DNA of 64,000 bases from Glycera tridactyla (Eukaryota). The notes under the pieces are model-generated. The model did not search any database and had not been told where the DNA came from. It worked only from the letters and a program-made list of their open reading frames with translations. Position numbers and translations under genes: made by a program. Below are positions 14,332-29,363 of the stretch, piece by piece. The stretch lies in assembly GCA_965644265.1 (NCBI GenBank), contig OZ286464.1, positions 30,504,001-30,568,000 of the forward strand, in the 5' to 3' direction. Positions within the stretch are counted from its first letter, which is position 1. Every line of letters starts with the position of its first letter.

Positions 14332-16311
14332 ACCTCGTGCTTTCATGCCTTAATGCCTCAGACGGTCACTTTAGAATCTGTCTGAATACCATTTTATGAG
14401 ACAAGCATCAATGCTGCTGTCTATTCACAATTTTATTACTCACGTTCAAATCACCTTTTTAAACCATTCGCAATACTGTTCCTGTTTCGATTATACTCAC
14501 TTACCAGTAATGGTGATATGATGTCAGAGGAAGTTTGCGATTTGGTGCATTGTACAGGGAAGTTGGGAAGCTGTTATTCAGCCAAGTAATCGATATCCAG
14601 TAAATACCTCAACCGGCGTCAACTGCTGGACGGCTAATATCATCCCTAGCTAATATTCGCATATTGTTCCTAAAAAAGTCACCATGCATCAACAAATCAC
14701 GTGATAGAAATCGGCTGTTGTGTGACCACACGTTTGTGAGGTTCGCCCTGTGTCCAACATCGAATTCAAATTTGAGTTCGAACTCGAGATGGGGCTTCCT
14801 GATGAGCACATATTTGCAGTGAAAGGCCTTTCTCAACAAGGTGGTAGGGTAGAATAGACTGATACCGTCGTCATAATTGGATAGTTGCACCTGAATCATC
14901 AATATATGACAGTATACCAATCATTGAATTGGCCAGGCTATGCAAAACCTCCGGATTTACCTGTATCAGTTAATTTGACTGAGGATTTTACATGAAGTAT
15001 TGGCGTCCCGGTAAGAATATCTAGCTTTGCGATGGAAGGCCCCCCCCCCCCGTGATGTATTATATAGGGAAGATAGTTCTAGTACATCAGTGATCTCCGC
15101 CTACTCCGAAAGTTCGTAGCTCAGGCCTAATTATTCGGAGAAACTTTCTGAAGGAGAGAGTATGGGGGAAACATCTGCTAAGGATTACACCCCTAGGTCA
15201 CGCTTGTGTTAAGGCAATTGGTTGGTGATACCCCTCGTGTTCAGCGAATACATAAACAAACCCCAGGTATAGGGGTGGATCTCAGCAGATGTCTTCTACA
15301 TTTAAGTACATCACCCCTAAATCACCTCTCGATTAACCCCTTCAACGTCAAGATCAGATGAATTGAAGAGAGGCTACTTTTGAAGAGGCAAAATCAATGG
15401 AACGGGAGAAGTTGAATGCACTAACACCCCCCCCCCCCCACTCAACCTCACCCCTACACATATTCTTCACTGATATGGATTTGTCGATGAGTAGCACAAG
15501 AAACTCGAACTAACAGTGAAAGAGATACGCAGAGATGGTATACAGTTAGACTACAAATATGCGGAAAGGTACTGTGACTCCATCGATTTAATGTTCACAA
15601 TTTCAGGGAATGAAATATCCTCATATCATATTGATAAGAGATTGAATTCAGTTTAACTACACTGAAGTCCTCCAACACATGCGAAATGGTACTGCGATTC
15701 CATTCACGTACCCTTGCCAGTGTATGATAGATGCATATGTTATATCGATGATCCCCGCTCTCATTCTCAACTTGAAACAAAAATGATGAGGCACACTGCA
15801 CATCGATAGTGTCGATCCTGTGAGATTCCGTAGAATCGATCAAAACTGGAACACGCCGGAAATGTCTGCAATCCCATGATTCACGATCACCCCTCGAAGT
15901 GTAGAGGGTTCAGGCTGCAGGGGCATGTAAATAGAGGATCGGGCTTGGCTTCACACCCCGTCTAGATAGACAGCAATACATACAATTATGTAGGGGTAAG
16001 AGTGAGATCAATTGGCCGGCGGTTCGATTACCGATGTACGTATGTCCGACAAGCTGGGGTAAGAGTAGAGAGGTGTTTGTTGGTGTTCTCGGATGATTAG
16101 CAATGGTTTGACTACATGCTGCCAATCAACAGGGCATGATGAACTGGATTCACCCTCACCCACACCTTTCATCATCCCGATCCAGATACAGTTCCTGCCG
16201 AGAAGAGGGATGAATTTAGGGTATGTTTGTGGATCATACGATTAGACGTTCGTTTACTCAGGCGATTTGTAATGGTGGCATATGTACCATTGGTGGCATG
16301 GAGCATCGGTG

Positions 16312-16584
16312 CGGGTAGTGGTAGCAGTCGCAGTAGCAGTAGCGAAAGAAGTAGCAGTGAAAGCCGAAGTGATAGCATTAGTGGTAGTGGTGGCAGTAGT
16401 AGTGGCAGTTATGATCTCATTATTATCAGTATTACCATTATTATTAACATTATTATTAGTAGTAGTATTATCAATATTATCATCATTATTAATGGTATCA
16501 TTATTATCATTAACATTACTAACGATGTTATCATTATCCACATCATCTGTATTCTCATTATCTTCATGTTTCTTCCTCTCCTTT
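16312..16584. repeat. Compound (AGT/AGC)/(ATT/ATC) low-complexity tract next to an N run
   Basis: Imperfect trinucleotide runs that produce spurious ORFs. Confidence 0.85.
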
Positions 16585-19500
16585 NNNNNNNNNNNNNNNN
16601 NNNNNNNNNNNNNNNNNNNNNNNNNNNNNNNNNNNNNNNNNNNNNNNNNNNNNNNNNNNNNNNNNNNNNNNNNNNNNNNNNNNNNNNNNNNNNNNNNNNN
16701 NNNNNNNNNNNNNNNNNNNNNNNNNNNNNNNNNNNNNNNNNNNNNNNNNNNNNNNNNNNNNNNNNNNNNNNNNNNNNNNNNNNNNNNNNNNNNNNNNNNN
16801 NNNNNNNNNNNNNNNNNNNNNNNNNNNNNNNNNNNNNNNNNNNNNNNNNNNNNNNNNNNNNNNNNNNNNNNNNNNNNNNNNNNNNNNNNNNNNNNNNNNN
16901 NNNNNNNNNNNNNNNNNNNNNNNNNNNNNNNNNNNNNNNNNNNNNNNNNNNNNNNNNNNNNNNNNNNNNNNNNNNNNNNNNNNNNNNNNNNNNNNNNNNN
17001 NNNNNNNAGTAATACTGATATAATCATAATTTTTGTCACTTGTCAATATCACTTGTAGTTCACATCGGTAGTCATTGTGGTATTGTAGTAAATATCGTAT
17101 CACACTCTGTTGTCAAAACTCAAATCAGTCAGAGGTAGGGAGATGTTATTATGATAGTTCTTTTAATTATAGAAGTATGTACCGATGTGTGAGCATCGAG
17201 TTGAATACGTGATTTATCTCTGCGCTGCCCATTGATACGAGTTGGACGCTCGACGAACCGAAAAGCCGTCTCGAGTCACGTACGTTCAACGTTTTTGTTC
17301 CAAAAACAGAGAAAAAGCAAGATAAGGCTGGTGAATGTGTTCCATCCGCACGATTCTGTGATTTACGTGATGAAGTGTTTCTTGGATGAGCTCATACTCC
17401 AACACTGCAATCATTATCTTCATCCACATCACCGCCATCACCCTCGTTCACCACGTCGGTAGTGAGAGCGATTCCATTGTTGATATCGTCGAAGTCGATC
17501 TGTCATCGTGATTGCCATCCATGCAGTCTCCTGGTGTGTTAAGCTTGTGAATCGTGGTACAGAATGACACTCGTATTCCAGTACTCGAAACACGATATGA
17601 AATAAAGAAAATTCATAAAGTGCCTATCCTACATAAAGTGCAAAAACACAATCAAATACATTCACAAACATGATCACCTAGTTCTGTTTTGATAACGAAC
17701 AATAAAAAATACACTGTATTTGGTGCCACCCCAAGGCGAATCTATTTTCCACGATTTTGATTCATGGGGATTTGAGTGGGGGAAATGGATTGGGGAACCC
17801 GGAAATGTTTAAATTGGTTGGTTGGTCCTAGTCAGACTCCAGCTTTTGTCGATGGGAAATTGCGCTTCAGCATTTACTACAATGTCACATTCATAGTCAC
17901 CCTAACAACAGATATGCATGCAAGAATAAGAAACCAAACTGTTATGTACTCATCATTTCGTTTGATTCTTTTGAGAAGCGGTGATCCTCACCTACAAACA
18001 AACAAGAAAGAACACGTTCACTTCGTGAATCACACACCACGGTATCGTCCATAGCTGTTCTTTTGTTGGATACCTGCGAGTTCTGTCTACATTGGAGCAA
18101 TTATGTGAGTGATAATCAACATAAATGGGTATCATGCAATGATTCCAATGTGTCGACCCAGATGAAGATCTTTTGGGGTAGTTTACGAAATGTCAGAGGT
18201 GTGATTATTCGTGATCTCACTTTGTGATAGAACACACAGAGGAAATTCAGCAAGAATGGAAGAATATTTGATGGAGAAAACAGGCTCGGAGAGGTCACGT
18301 AGATTTGCAAGAGGTCGGGCTTTCCAGATGTAGCTTTAGTTGAGGTAGGAACAATTGATCATGCCAAATGCCGATGGGCAGTCCGAAGAAGACGTTTGAA
18401 GCTTTCTAAAAAAAGTTTAATTAGTCTGTTTGAACATTCTTGGACAGTCAACGTTGACATCGGAATATATCTCAAGATGGAGAGTCGATATCTGTAACGA
18501 TTCAGTGTTTCAGGTTTCACTCAAGAGAGCTCATCACCGACAGAACTTCCACTCGTTTCAGATGGGAGATGTCGCCACTTCAATGCCCAACCCAGTGATA
18601 TCTATAACGAAGCATATAGCATTCCGCGCATGATCTGAGCTGTACTGGAAGATTGATATCCGTTCCATGCACCTTCATAACTATTTGTTCTGATCCAATA
18701 TGAGGTAGATGGGCGAGATGAAGCAAGCCCTGACATTTGAGTAGGTTCATCGACGCTCTTTGAGATTGGCACAAATGTCACTGTGGTCTTTTACCTGCAA
18801 GTAAACATGAGCCATATTGTATACCAAAGGTGAATGTATGATGGAGATGTGACCTCACCGCGGCTGACAAAATGGCTGTTTGATACCTTGCAGACTCAAT
18901 CTATGATGGGGTGATTACTGGATTGGCTCTTCAATTGGTTGGTTGATTGGTTGGTAAGTAGGATGCTTGTTATCGTACTTGGTATACACGCACGCTCTCT
19001 AGCTAATGCAGTCGACTGCGGATAATGACGATAACAAGGATAATAGTATCATCGATGATAACATTGTTGATGATACAAGTATGATGGTGGTGATAGTGGC
19101 GATGGTGGTGTTGCTGATGGTGTTGCTGATGGTGATGGTGTTGGAGTTGGTTTTCCCGGTGATGGTGATTGTGGTGGTGGTGATGTTGATCCTTTGAGGA
19201 TGACTTTCGGTCGCCCTCTTGTCCACAATCGATTATTGGGAGTAGGACGCTCTCTGTCCCCATATAAATGCTAGGGCACCCAACCGGAGGCCAAGCCAAC
19301 TGGTAGCTAAATATTTTTGGAATGTATCTGGCGTTAATAATCGTTAATTAGTCAATGGTGCGCGTGAACGAGAACATTACAGAAGAATAATTGACATAGT
19401 ATATGCATGAGGGTGATATGATGATTGACACCTGATCTGACCTACTTAGAAAGACTACCTGACTTCAGAATTCGGCATATAGTGAAGCGATACATCTGTG

Positions 19501-22500
19501 TGAACAGGCTACAAATTGATTTGATCAGTAAAGTCGACTTTCTTCCACAAACCTAATCACCAAGCAACTCGCTTGCCTGAGATTGTGGGTATTGTCCTGT
19601 GCGCGATAGGAATTTAAAGTAACTAGATGATGAATCAGCGATGGTAAAATCTTCTAATATCATAGCGAGAAATCCCAATGTGAGTTGTAACAACGATGCT
19701 ATCACACGCCAGGGAACGGCGAATCTAAAGAGACCGCCCATCCTACACTCGCTGTACACTGGACAAGAGATGCAGAGCTTCATCTTCTTGGCTACTGACT
19801 ACTTATATATCTATTTCAGCTGCGAGAAGTGTATCCTCTCAGATTACATCATGTGAGATTTCCGATGACACTAAATGAAACTAAAAACCCATGGTTGGAC
19901 TTCAGTTGTTGAGCTCGTTACGGCTGTTCCCCGTCTCAAGTTCCGTGCATATCACTTTTCTCCAGTACCCGCATGAAGCTATGCACCTGCCTTGATAGAA
20001 GCCAGGTGAAAATCTAGCTACTGGTTCCAAACTGAACTGGCTCAATCAGACCGGCCCTGACATCATTTGAGTTTTTCACTCGGTATCATCCTCAACAACA
20101 TACTGCATCTCCGACCCAGAGCTTCTCATATATCAGGTTGGGGAACGCGAATCACCATGAATCAGTTCAAGATGCCCAGGCTGAGATACGCACCCTGGGA
20201 GGTGGTGACTCTGTTCCAAATATTTCTGAGGAAAAGTCAATATGTCAAAGTTGGCAGGTCGATAATCCAAATGGAGAAGCAGTTGTGATGTTGACATCAA
20301 AGTGGAATAGCGAGCATCAGCATCCTTTGAAGATAAAATTATACGATACGGCAATGCTCATCAACGGCACTTGGTGGCGTCGCTCCCACGCTGTATGAGA
20401 GGCAAAGCTCCTAGCAATGGGAATGAGACAGGGAGGCATAATCGCCCCGTGCATGTCAATGCTCAATAAGCGCACGCGTCTTGTTCGAGAATAGCCAGCA
20501 GTATGTTGTCTCTGATTTTACTGCTAATTACTGTGTCGCAGCTGCATGATCGGTTCTGCCTGTGTATTTGGGGGATATCCCCACCCCGAATACTCAAAAG
20601 ACCATAAGCAATCGTTAGTTCCTGCCGTCATGACGTCCTACAATCGTAACAAACTGCAGTTATCATTGTCATTAGTCTTCGTCATACAGACTGCACAAGC
20701 TTGTTTCGACTTGGTCACGACAAGATGTGATCATATAAAGGTCATTTCGTGGGAGGCAGAGCCATCAGATTTCACAGGTGCAACCCCGTAAAGAGGCCCA
20801 TGAAGTCATTCCATGCCTTGAAGCCTTTGAATCTCGTCTTCTGATAATCAGATGATGACTGCTGGATATTGATATGGTAGACAAATGGTTTGTCATTCTG
20901 AATATTCGTATTCCTGGATACAAATTTTGAAGCATTCCTATAGGATCGAGAGAATATAATTGTGTTGCTTGGGTCTTCGCTAAGCTTCGGTTAGGTACCC
21001 GCAAGGTTGGATGTATGTTCTGTGAAAAGAATTGACGTTTGCCTTGAGTCCCAACTACCATCAGGTTACAGCATGTGTTTATGTAAGAGACCTGTGATAT
21101 GGAAATCTGAAATAGAAGTTATCTCAACATTAGTCCTTCCCTGATAAAAAGGAAGAGTTACGTTAGTTGGGAGTGTGAGTGGTATGTGAGAAATTTGTCT
21201 TTAGATCCATCCACCCTGGTCGGGATAAAACTGGAATCAGTTGGTGTAAATATACGATTGAGATCATCCTCCTATCTCTCATTATCAGAGTGAATTGCTA
21301 ACGATGCATATCTTTGACTAAAAACTATGCAATGAATTATACTATTTGTATTTCACCGAGGCTTGATATCAGTCAAATATGTAAATATGCATGGCATGAG
21401 CAACTGTACATCCATCGAAAGAAACTTGATGAGGGGTAAAACGGCTCACGGGCCTTTTTCTAGTCAGAATACGGTATTTGTATTGAATCCCAAATCTCTA
21501 ATCTGCCAGAATACGCCACCACTATAAGGTAGTACTGGTGGTACAAAGTAGACTCACATTCAACATTAATCTAAATTATCAGAGAAGAATTGACATGATT
21601 GCATGGCGCAGCCCTCGCTCTGTTTGCGATTGGGAAAATTCAAATTACAAGCCTGGCCACCTTTGTTGATGGCTGCATACCAGCAGATTGCCAGCTTAAT
21701 CCAGGCGGCTTCTGCCCGTTTTACTCGTTTGCAATCGATGTTATCCGGCTCATTTTCTGGCTAGCATTCCACCCATGCTCTTCTCGTGAAGAATATCAGC
21801 TGAACACCAATCCAGGTGCATCCCCAACAAACCCAGATCACCAGGTTATCTCATACTGGACTTTTCATGCCGCTGTTTTCTTTGTTTCGTTGATATTATC
21901 AGTATAAGCACAATCTCTCCTCTCTGCGAAAGCACAAATATTTACTGATGAGCAATCCGTATTCCGATTCGAGCTGAGAAGCTTGAGAAGATTCCTCCAT
22001 CGACACAGCCATCATTTGATGAGGGAAGGGAGATGGATATGCAATATTCAATTTAATACGTCATCCGATCAAATGAGCACTCGAACATCAAGGAGAATTC
22101 TGTACACAATAAATAATGATATTATGATATATCAACTACCCCACCCTGAGATCTACCCGCAGCATCATCTTATCAGCGGATAAAGAAGTCACCCACCAAT
22201 TCAAACATTGAATTCTAATCTGACCATGACTCCACTCGACCCTTTTGTGGTCAGTGCTTCATTCCACTGATCCACGAAAATGTATACGTCTTGCTCTTTG
22301 AGCTTGTATGCTTTCGATGCAAACCGGGGCATATTTTTACGAAATCCACCTCAGATAAGTGAGGCAGTATCCATCCGACCTGACGGCGCCAAAGACGTAA
22401 TGGACAAATTCGAAATGCATCCCGTGTCGGTTTCAATGCTCAAGAAGAAGGCCAACATTCATTGATTGAAGATGGCATCTGATGACTGTAGTGGGAGATG

Positions 22501-25500
22501 AGGCCGAGCTCGTCAGTTCTTCAGTGGTAATGAACACCCAAACTAGGGACTAGTTCCCATTCACCACACCTATTTGTATTTCATCTGCATGTGTCAACAA
22601 AGCAGGCACAATGGTACACTAGGCCTTTGCAATGATACAGCGGAGATTGATATATGCAATCCCAGGTCGATTACTATGTGATGCTGGAACTGTTGCATCC
22701 AAACACTCTCGATTCCAAACACAATATTTTCTTCGAATTTGACAGGCATTTGATTTAAATTATGAAATCATTGGACTGGCTGTGATTAGTACAAGCTCCT
22801 CTCCCCTGATCTAGAAGTACCCAAGCCATACCAATTCATTCTCATCAGTCAAGAAGAGTCGTCGAGTCAAATATAAACAGGCAGGTAGCGCAGATTTCTT
22901 CTGCCTTAAATGCAATCTGGAGAAACCAGGGCAACCATTTCCAACACAAATCACGGTCGAACACGATCTTGCCATGCGAGAAAACGTCACTCTCGACTGA
23001 ATCCCGAGATTGTGACTTCAAGATCTTGTTCATGACGTTCTTAATAGGAAGTATACGATGAATGGATTGCACTTCGACTTTTTTTTTTCAGCATTTGAGT
23101 CCTCATGTAGGAGAATGTGCTTCAGTGAACATACAGAATAACTATATCTCTGACCGATTCGTTGAGGTACTAAACATCCAAGGACACTTCTCAGCAGCTC
23201 TCCGAGGTTGAAAAAAGTTGTTTCATACTAAGGACGGATGCGATGAGTTTTGTTTGGTTCAACTGCTGACGCTAGGCAATCATCTGTAAAAAAATCCCCT
23301 CAAATACACATGCATTTGGAAGATATAGATCACAAATGAGCAATTCTGGAGATTCGGGTAAGCATGGCTGTTCCATGAAGCAATACACCATAGTGGCCTG
23401 CAAATTCGGTGAATATATCATAGTCAGGAAGTGCGCCAATTCTATGACTCTTTTCGCGCAAGTTACTGACATAAACACTGATATTCACATATGTCTGATT
23501 GTTTGTCAATTTCGAGTTCATTGCTGAAATTCGTGGGACTCAAACTGGAGGGGAGTTTCTGCACTGTCTTAAATCAGCTTCTTCGAATGTCAAGCGAGAG
23601 AATAGTATCTAGAGAATCAGCACATATCCAGAACCAGCCAGTGAGTTGCTCTGATTAATTTTCTCATCCTGCTTCCGGCCCTCTGTATGTAACCAAGAGG
23701 TCATTGTGGGATGAGTCTGTGAAGTTTACAATGGCTTGGCATAGGATGAGGTCCTAGGGATTTTCTATCGACGCTCCAAACGGTTCCCGTCTCTCGAAGA
23801 GACATACAAAACGCCAGGAATACGAATACATACGAATCTCTTCATGTTTGTACATGCTATGGGGCACGTCCCTGATTTTCACCATGCTCCAGCATTCATC
23901 TTGTGAGACAAGGACAACAAATGTAACATTCATCTCGGATCACCGGCTGATCCCAACTATTGTCTAATCTTGCGTGACCATATGATATTACCGCTGAGCT
24001 TTATTAATTGGTATTCATATCGATGAAATCGATTCGATATGTCTCTGATCCCAGCATCACAAGTTAATGCATCTATCACATCACTCATATCAGGAGTATT
24101 TGATATGGCAGATCAGAGACACTGTTTGAACAAGATGCGGAGGATTATCGAGTTATTAATCTATACAACTTCATCATGTATGGGTGCTGCCCTTTTCTTT
24201 GGATCCGCATCAAACATTTTCATACGGAAGGTGTGAGAATGTGTAGCTATGCAGGTAAGGGCTCCAGTATCGAGCTCGAGTTATTGTGAATAGACAAGAG
24301 ACACCCAAGAGCTTGGGGTGATGTGAGTACCTATCTGGGATCTGACAGCAGGTTAGCGGTGATACTCTAACAACTGATAACAAACCAGCCCGAAATACCC
24401 AGTTTCGGCATACATACATACATGCACAGTCAGCAGGATCGGAATTCATTCATGGGAAGAATTGAGTCTGTGTCCTGGAAGGTCGTGATTTCTATTTTGA
24501 AGGAATGGCAAAATACCAATTTATACCAGTGGCCAACACTTTGCAGCAAGTAAACTAAAAATAGTATACCTTATTCGAGTGAAGGACCTGGTAAAAAGGA
24601 CCATCCACGCTGTCCATGCTGAAATGTCAAATGGGGGTCCCGTGCAATTTAGATAAGATATCTGACACAGTGAAGAGAGTTCCTATATATGCAAAAAAGT
24701 TAGAGATCATTTGATAACGGGTCAGTAACAGGCCGGTATCTGGTGTTCACCGGACGTCAAGTGTGACGTCACAGATGGAGATGGTGTCTGACTGGTCGTA
24801 AAGCATCATAAAGGCCTCATAAATTTCTTCATTGCAAAATGTACTGGTATAACACATTTCCATTTCACAAGGTAACAGGCATGAAAAGATATCATATAGA
24901 ATGTCTTCACGTTATATTACATGTATCAAAATTACCTAATGATACCATTCGGACAAGAGGCTCCTTGTTGGAGCTACAGAAGTCGCCTTGAATACGGGCA
25001 TTCACCTTATCTTGCGATGGGGCTCAACGGAAGCACTACACATCTCACTTACTGCACTAGTAACACGTTTTACACGTGTGAATAGACACGTCACCAGCTT
25101 CAATAATAAATGAGCTTCTAGCAGGCCGACGTGTTACCTAACTCACAAGTGTGAATAAAGATGCAGTAAGCTTGGCCAACTGTCCCCAGAGGCTGACAAG
25201 TCGTATGGAGGGAGAGAGGGAGAGAGAGTGGCCGCCATTGATGGAGCTGACTTGCCAACATGGCTGTTAGCGCAGGGATATATTAACAGCCGCTCTACGC
25301 CAGCATATACTCCAGACATAAACGCTTCATCGATGCTGTGACGTTATATTACTGCCCACCAATATTGACGATGTCGCTTGTTGAGTTGGTGATAATCAGT
25401 ACTATATATGGCCAACCTCACCTACCGCCTACCTACTGCAAACCCACAAACTAGCAGCAGCACTTGTACAGGTTGATTTGATGATAAGAGATGTTACTGC

Positions 25501-25539
25501 ACGTAATACTCATCGGCTCTGCATAGCTATGGATTCAGC

Positions 25540-25882
25540 AAACTTCGACATTATCGTCGTCGACATCGTCATTATCATTGTCGTGGTCTTGTTGTTTGTG
25601 TTGTTATTGTTGCTGTTCTTCTTCTTTTTCTTCTTCTTCTTCCTTCTCTTCTTCTTCTTTTTCTCCTTTTCCTTTCTCTTCTTCGCCTTCTTCTTCTCCA
25701 CTTTTTTCTTTTCATTCGTCTTTGCCTCATTCCTCTTCTGTTTTCAAAACCATCACAATCGGCGCCAACACCGCATCCTACACCACTTCCACCACCACCA
25801 CCCCCACCGTCACCACTAACATCTCAACCAGAGCATCCATCGATATCACCAAGGCAAATAGGGCACCACCGAATAGCCACCA

Positions 25883-25929
<47 letters not shown>

Positions 25930-25975
25930 GCGCGCGCGCAAGCACACAAACACACACACACACACACACTAAAAT
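25540..25975. repeat. Compound microsatellite (TTG/TTC, CAC, CT, CA, CG)
   Basis: Adjacent simple repeats visible directly in the sequence. Confidence 0.85.
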
Positions 25976-26180
25976 CATCACCACCACCAGCCCTGCATCA
26001 TCAGCGGGTCAACCACAAAGAAACAGAAAGAGAAACTGTTGCAGCCCCAGCAGCAGCAGCTCCAGCTTCAAGGTCATCACGTAGCATAGCATCATATATT
26101 CAACCATACAGCAGCCGTTGCCGGAAGTGGGTCCAGTAAGAAGAGATCAACCAGAAATGATCAGCTATCTCTGCTGTCTA

Positions 26181-26366
26181 CGGTGGCCCATAAGTGCCAT
26201 CGAAAAATATAATTTCAACCTCCATTGTATTTCGAATTTCCAGCGCGGTGGAAACTTTTCTACCGCGGTGCAAACGTTTCCACCGCGGTAAAAACGTTTC
26301 AACCGCGGTGCAAACGTTTCCACCGCGGTAGAAACGTTTCCACCGCGGTAGTGTTATTTTACACCT
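26181..26366 (+). repeat. Left inverted arm with ~6 copies of a 20-bp palindromic unit
   Basis: TA|CGGTGGCCCATAAGTGCCAT...TTCAACCTC, then a (CCACCGCGGTGG AAACGTTT)-like array at 26241-26350, ending TTACACCT. It is a reverse-complement match to 34001-34276. Confidence 0.85.
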
Positions 26367-27230
26367 CAGATGATGATAGACCAATATTTTGATTGCTATT
26401 ATCCCGTCGTCGTCGACGTCGACGTCGNNNNNNNNNNNNNNNNNNNNNNNNNNNNNNNNNNNNNNNNNNNNNNNNNNNNNNNNNNNNNNNNNNNNNNNNN
26501 NNNNNNNNNNNNNNNNNNNNNNNNNNNNNNNNNNNNNNNNNNNNNNNNNNNNNNNNNNNNNNNNNNNNNNNNNNNNNNNNNNNNNNNNNNNNNNNNNNNN
26601 NNNNNNNNNNNNNNNNNNNNNNNNNNNNNNNNNNNNNNNNNNNCTGACTCAGAGGGTGTTGTTCACACCTACAACCGCCACCCCCTCCCAACACACACAC
26701 AACATCGGCACTCAGAGGGTGTTGTTCACCACTACACCCCCCCCCCCCCCACACACACACACACAACGTCGGCACTGGAAAAGTCAATAGCGAGTCATGT
26801 GACCGAGCGATTGTCGGGGCCGGCTATTATGAGGTAACACCGTCACAGATCGGGNNNNNNNNNNNNNNNNNNNNNNNNNNNNNNNNNNNNNNNNNNNNNN
26901 NNNNNNNNNNNNNNNNNNNNNNNNNNNNNNNNNNNNNNNNNNNNNNNNNNNNNNNNNNNNNNNNNNNNNNNNNNNNNNNNNNNNNNNNNNNNNNNNNNNN
27001 NNNNACAATCATCACGATAGCAACCTCAAATCTATACCACAGATGTGACAATATCAGTGGAATGTAGGGGTGTCGGATATAACTTGCATATTCCACAGGC
27101 ACAGGGGGCGTGGCACACTGCTACGTCACAATCGACAGTCACGTGACTCGCTATTGTCGGCAGGCGCGCGGCAGGTAAACAAACCAAACGCTTGTCTCCT
27201 CAGTGACACTGTGTTCCCCGTCCCATGCAC

Positions 27231-27312
<82 letters not shown>

Positions 27313-27814
27313 GCTGCACACTGAGAACACTCACTGGCGCAGGTAGCGACAGATAGTGACAGAGACGGGAGCGCACATGCATGTGAACAAATCAACTTTG
27401 TCTGGCGACGTGCTTCTCGACGCGCTCCCAGTTCCGAGCCACAAACTCCAATCATTCGTATAGNNNNNNNNNNNNNNNNNNNNNNNNNNNNNNNNNNNNN
27501 NNNNNNNNNNNNNNNNNNNNNNNNNNNNNNNNNNNNNNNNNNNNNNNNNNNNNNNNNNNNNNNNNNNNNNNNNNNNNNNNNNNNNNNNNNNNNNNNNNNN
27601 NNNCGATGACGACGACGATGACGGGATAAGTGGGGAAGGGGAGCACAGGCACAGGCGCGGGACAGGTAAACAAACCGCGCGTCTGTCTGCTGACGCTCTT
27701 CCCTGCATGTTCCTTGTCCCCTCTACAAACACACATGCATGTTCACTCAAACCAGCATCTGTGGTATAAAAGTAAGAAACCATGCCCGTGGAATATGCAA
27801 GTGATATCCAATTC

Positions 27815-27879
27815 GGTGGAAGTCACGGCGGGAGTTCACTCGGCCTTCGGCCTGGTGAACTCCCGCCGTGACTACCACC
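27815..27879. mobile_element. Palindromic MITE-like hairpin with CACTC-GGCC-TTC-GGCC-TG-GTG centre
   Basis: Perfect 18-bp arms at 27822-27839 and 27855-27872, extended by GGTGG/CCACC. Confidence 0.7.
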
Positions 27880-28167
27880 TCGTTGAATATAAGCAAGAAA
27901 TCATGAGGTGTTGTCCTGACAAGATATACACCACTCGGAGTGTATTGTCAGTATAATCCACTCGGCCGATAGGCCGTGTCAAGAACCATGACGTCACAAT
28001 GCATGATTATGCCTCAGTCAAGGTTGCTATAGCACTCTTTCCCAGTCCAACAGAACCAGTAGATACACGCTATCTGACGAGGGAACCATATAGTAAGAAA
28101 CAACGCCCGTAGAATATGCAAGTTATATACCACGATTTATCACGAATCTTGAAGGCTAGAAGCTTTT

Positions 28168-28554
28168 CTGAATGAAATTCAGTCCATTTGTGGATGCCAT
28201 TCATCCTACAATGAACCCCTTGTATGAGCCATACAGGAGTTTCAATATAGAAAAAAGATGAACGAATGAGCGGATTTTCACTAAAAATGAGCTAGGGATC
28301 TGAGATTAGTCTTGTTGAACAGGGCAGATCATGCGAAATCCAACTATGGATCTTCTTTGGGTGTAGAACCTAAATTCGTGAAATGCGATGAAAAATTGAA
28401 TGGATCTTGATTCATTTTACGGGCAGTTTAGCCGCCTGCTGATCGCGCCGCATGGAACGTCTCGGCAGTAGAAAAGACAATGGGCAGTCACGTGACTCGG
28501 CATTGTGACATAGGTGCGCACACCAGTGGTCCTGGCGAGTTATATTCAACACCC
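28168..28554 (+). repeat. Dispersed repeat, copy 1 (uninterrupted)
   Basis: Diverged direct match to 29564-29582 joined to 32762-33074 (shared GTTGAACAGGGCAGA, GATCGCGC, CATTGTGAC, CAGTGGTCCTG, GAGTTATATTCAACACCC). Confidence 0.8.
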
Positions 28555-29363
28555 TTTATTATATGACATGCTCCGCATGTCATATAATAAAGGCTAAATT
28601 GACTTGATACAACTGGTACTGATAAAAATTATGTATCAACCATTGGGTAATACAAATCTGTATCAAACACTCGCTCATAGTCGCGAGCCGGGACTATTTT
28701 TGTTGTCACGTCACAATCAAGGTCACAGGTCAACTGGCAGNNNNNNNNNNNNNNNNNNNNNNNNNNNNNNNNNNNNNNNNNNNNNNNNNNNNNNNNNNNN
28801 NNNNNNNNNNNNNNNNNNNNNNNNNNNNNNNNNNNNNNNNNNNNNNNNNNNNNNNNNNNNNNNNNNNNNNNNNACAAATTGTGTATGCTGCCGACGCTGT
28901 TAGCGCACAGCTTGCAAACGTAAACAAACCAAATCCCGCGTCTCACTTGTCTCGTGCACAGTGTCCCGAACATGCAGACACCACTGGCTGGTGGCCGACC
29001 TTGTTTCTGGGGAATAGCGGTGACGGCGGGAACCAGCNNNNNNNNNNNNNNNNNNNNNNNNNNNNNNNNNNNNNNNNNNNNNNNNNNNNNNNNNNNNNNN
29101 NNNNNNNNNNNNNNNNNNNNNNNNNNNNNNNNNNNNNNNNNNNNNNNNNNNNNNNNNNNNNNNNNNNNNGAGTGTAACCAGGTAACAAGGTGGGCTTGAG
29201 AGACGCGGGATTTGGTTTGTTTACGTTTTCACGCTGTGCGTTAACAGCGTCGGCAGCATGCAAATGCGTGCCACCCCTTCTCTCTCTTTCTCCCCCTCTC
29301 TCTACCCACAAACCTATTTTGGACGTGTTTCTTCTCAAATTATGTCATATAATAAAGACATAA

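Noticed and set aside
18630-22480. Scattered minus-strand peptides resembling fibronectin type III strands (e.g. RPSTSYWIRTNSY at ~18690, LQNLYPG at ~20920)
   Set aside because: Short, interrupted by stops and no consistent splice phases; could be chance. A translated HMM search would settle it.
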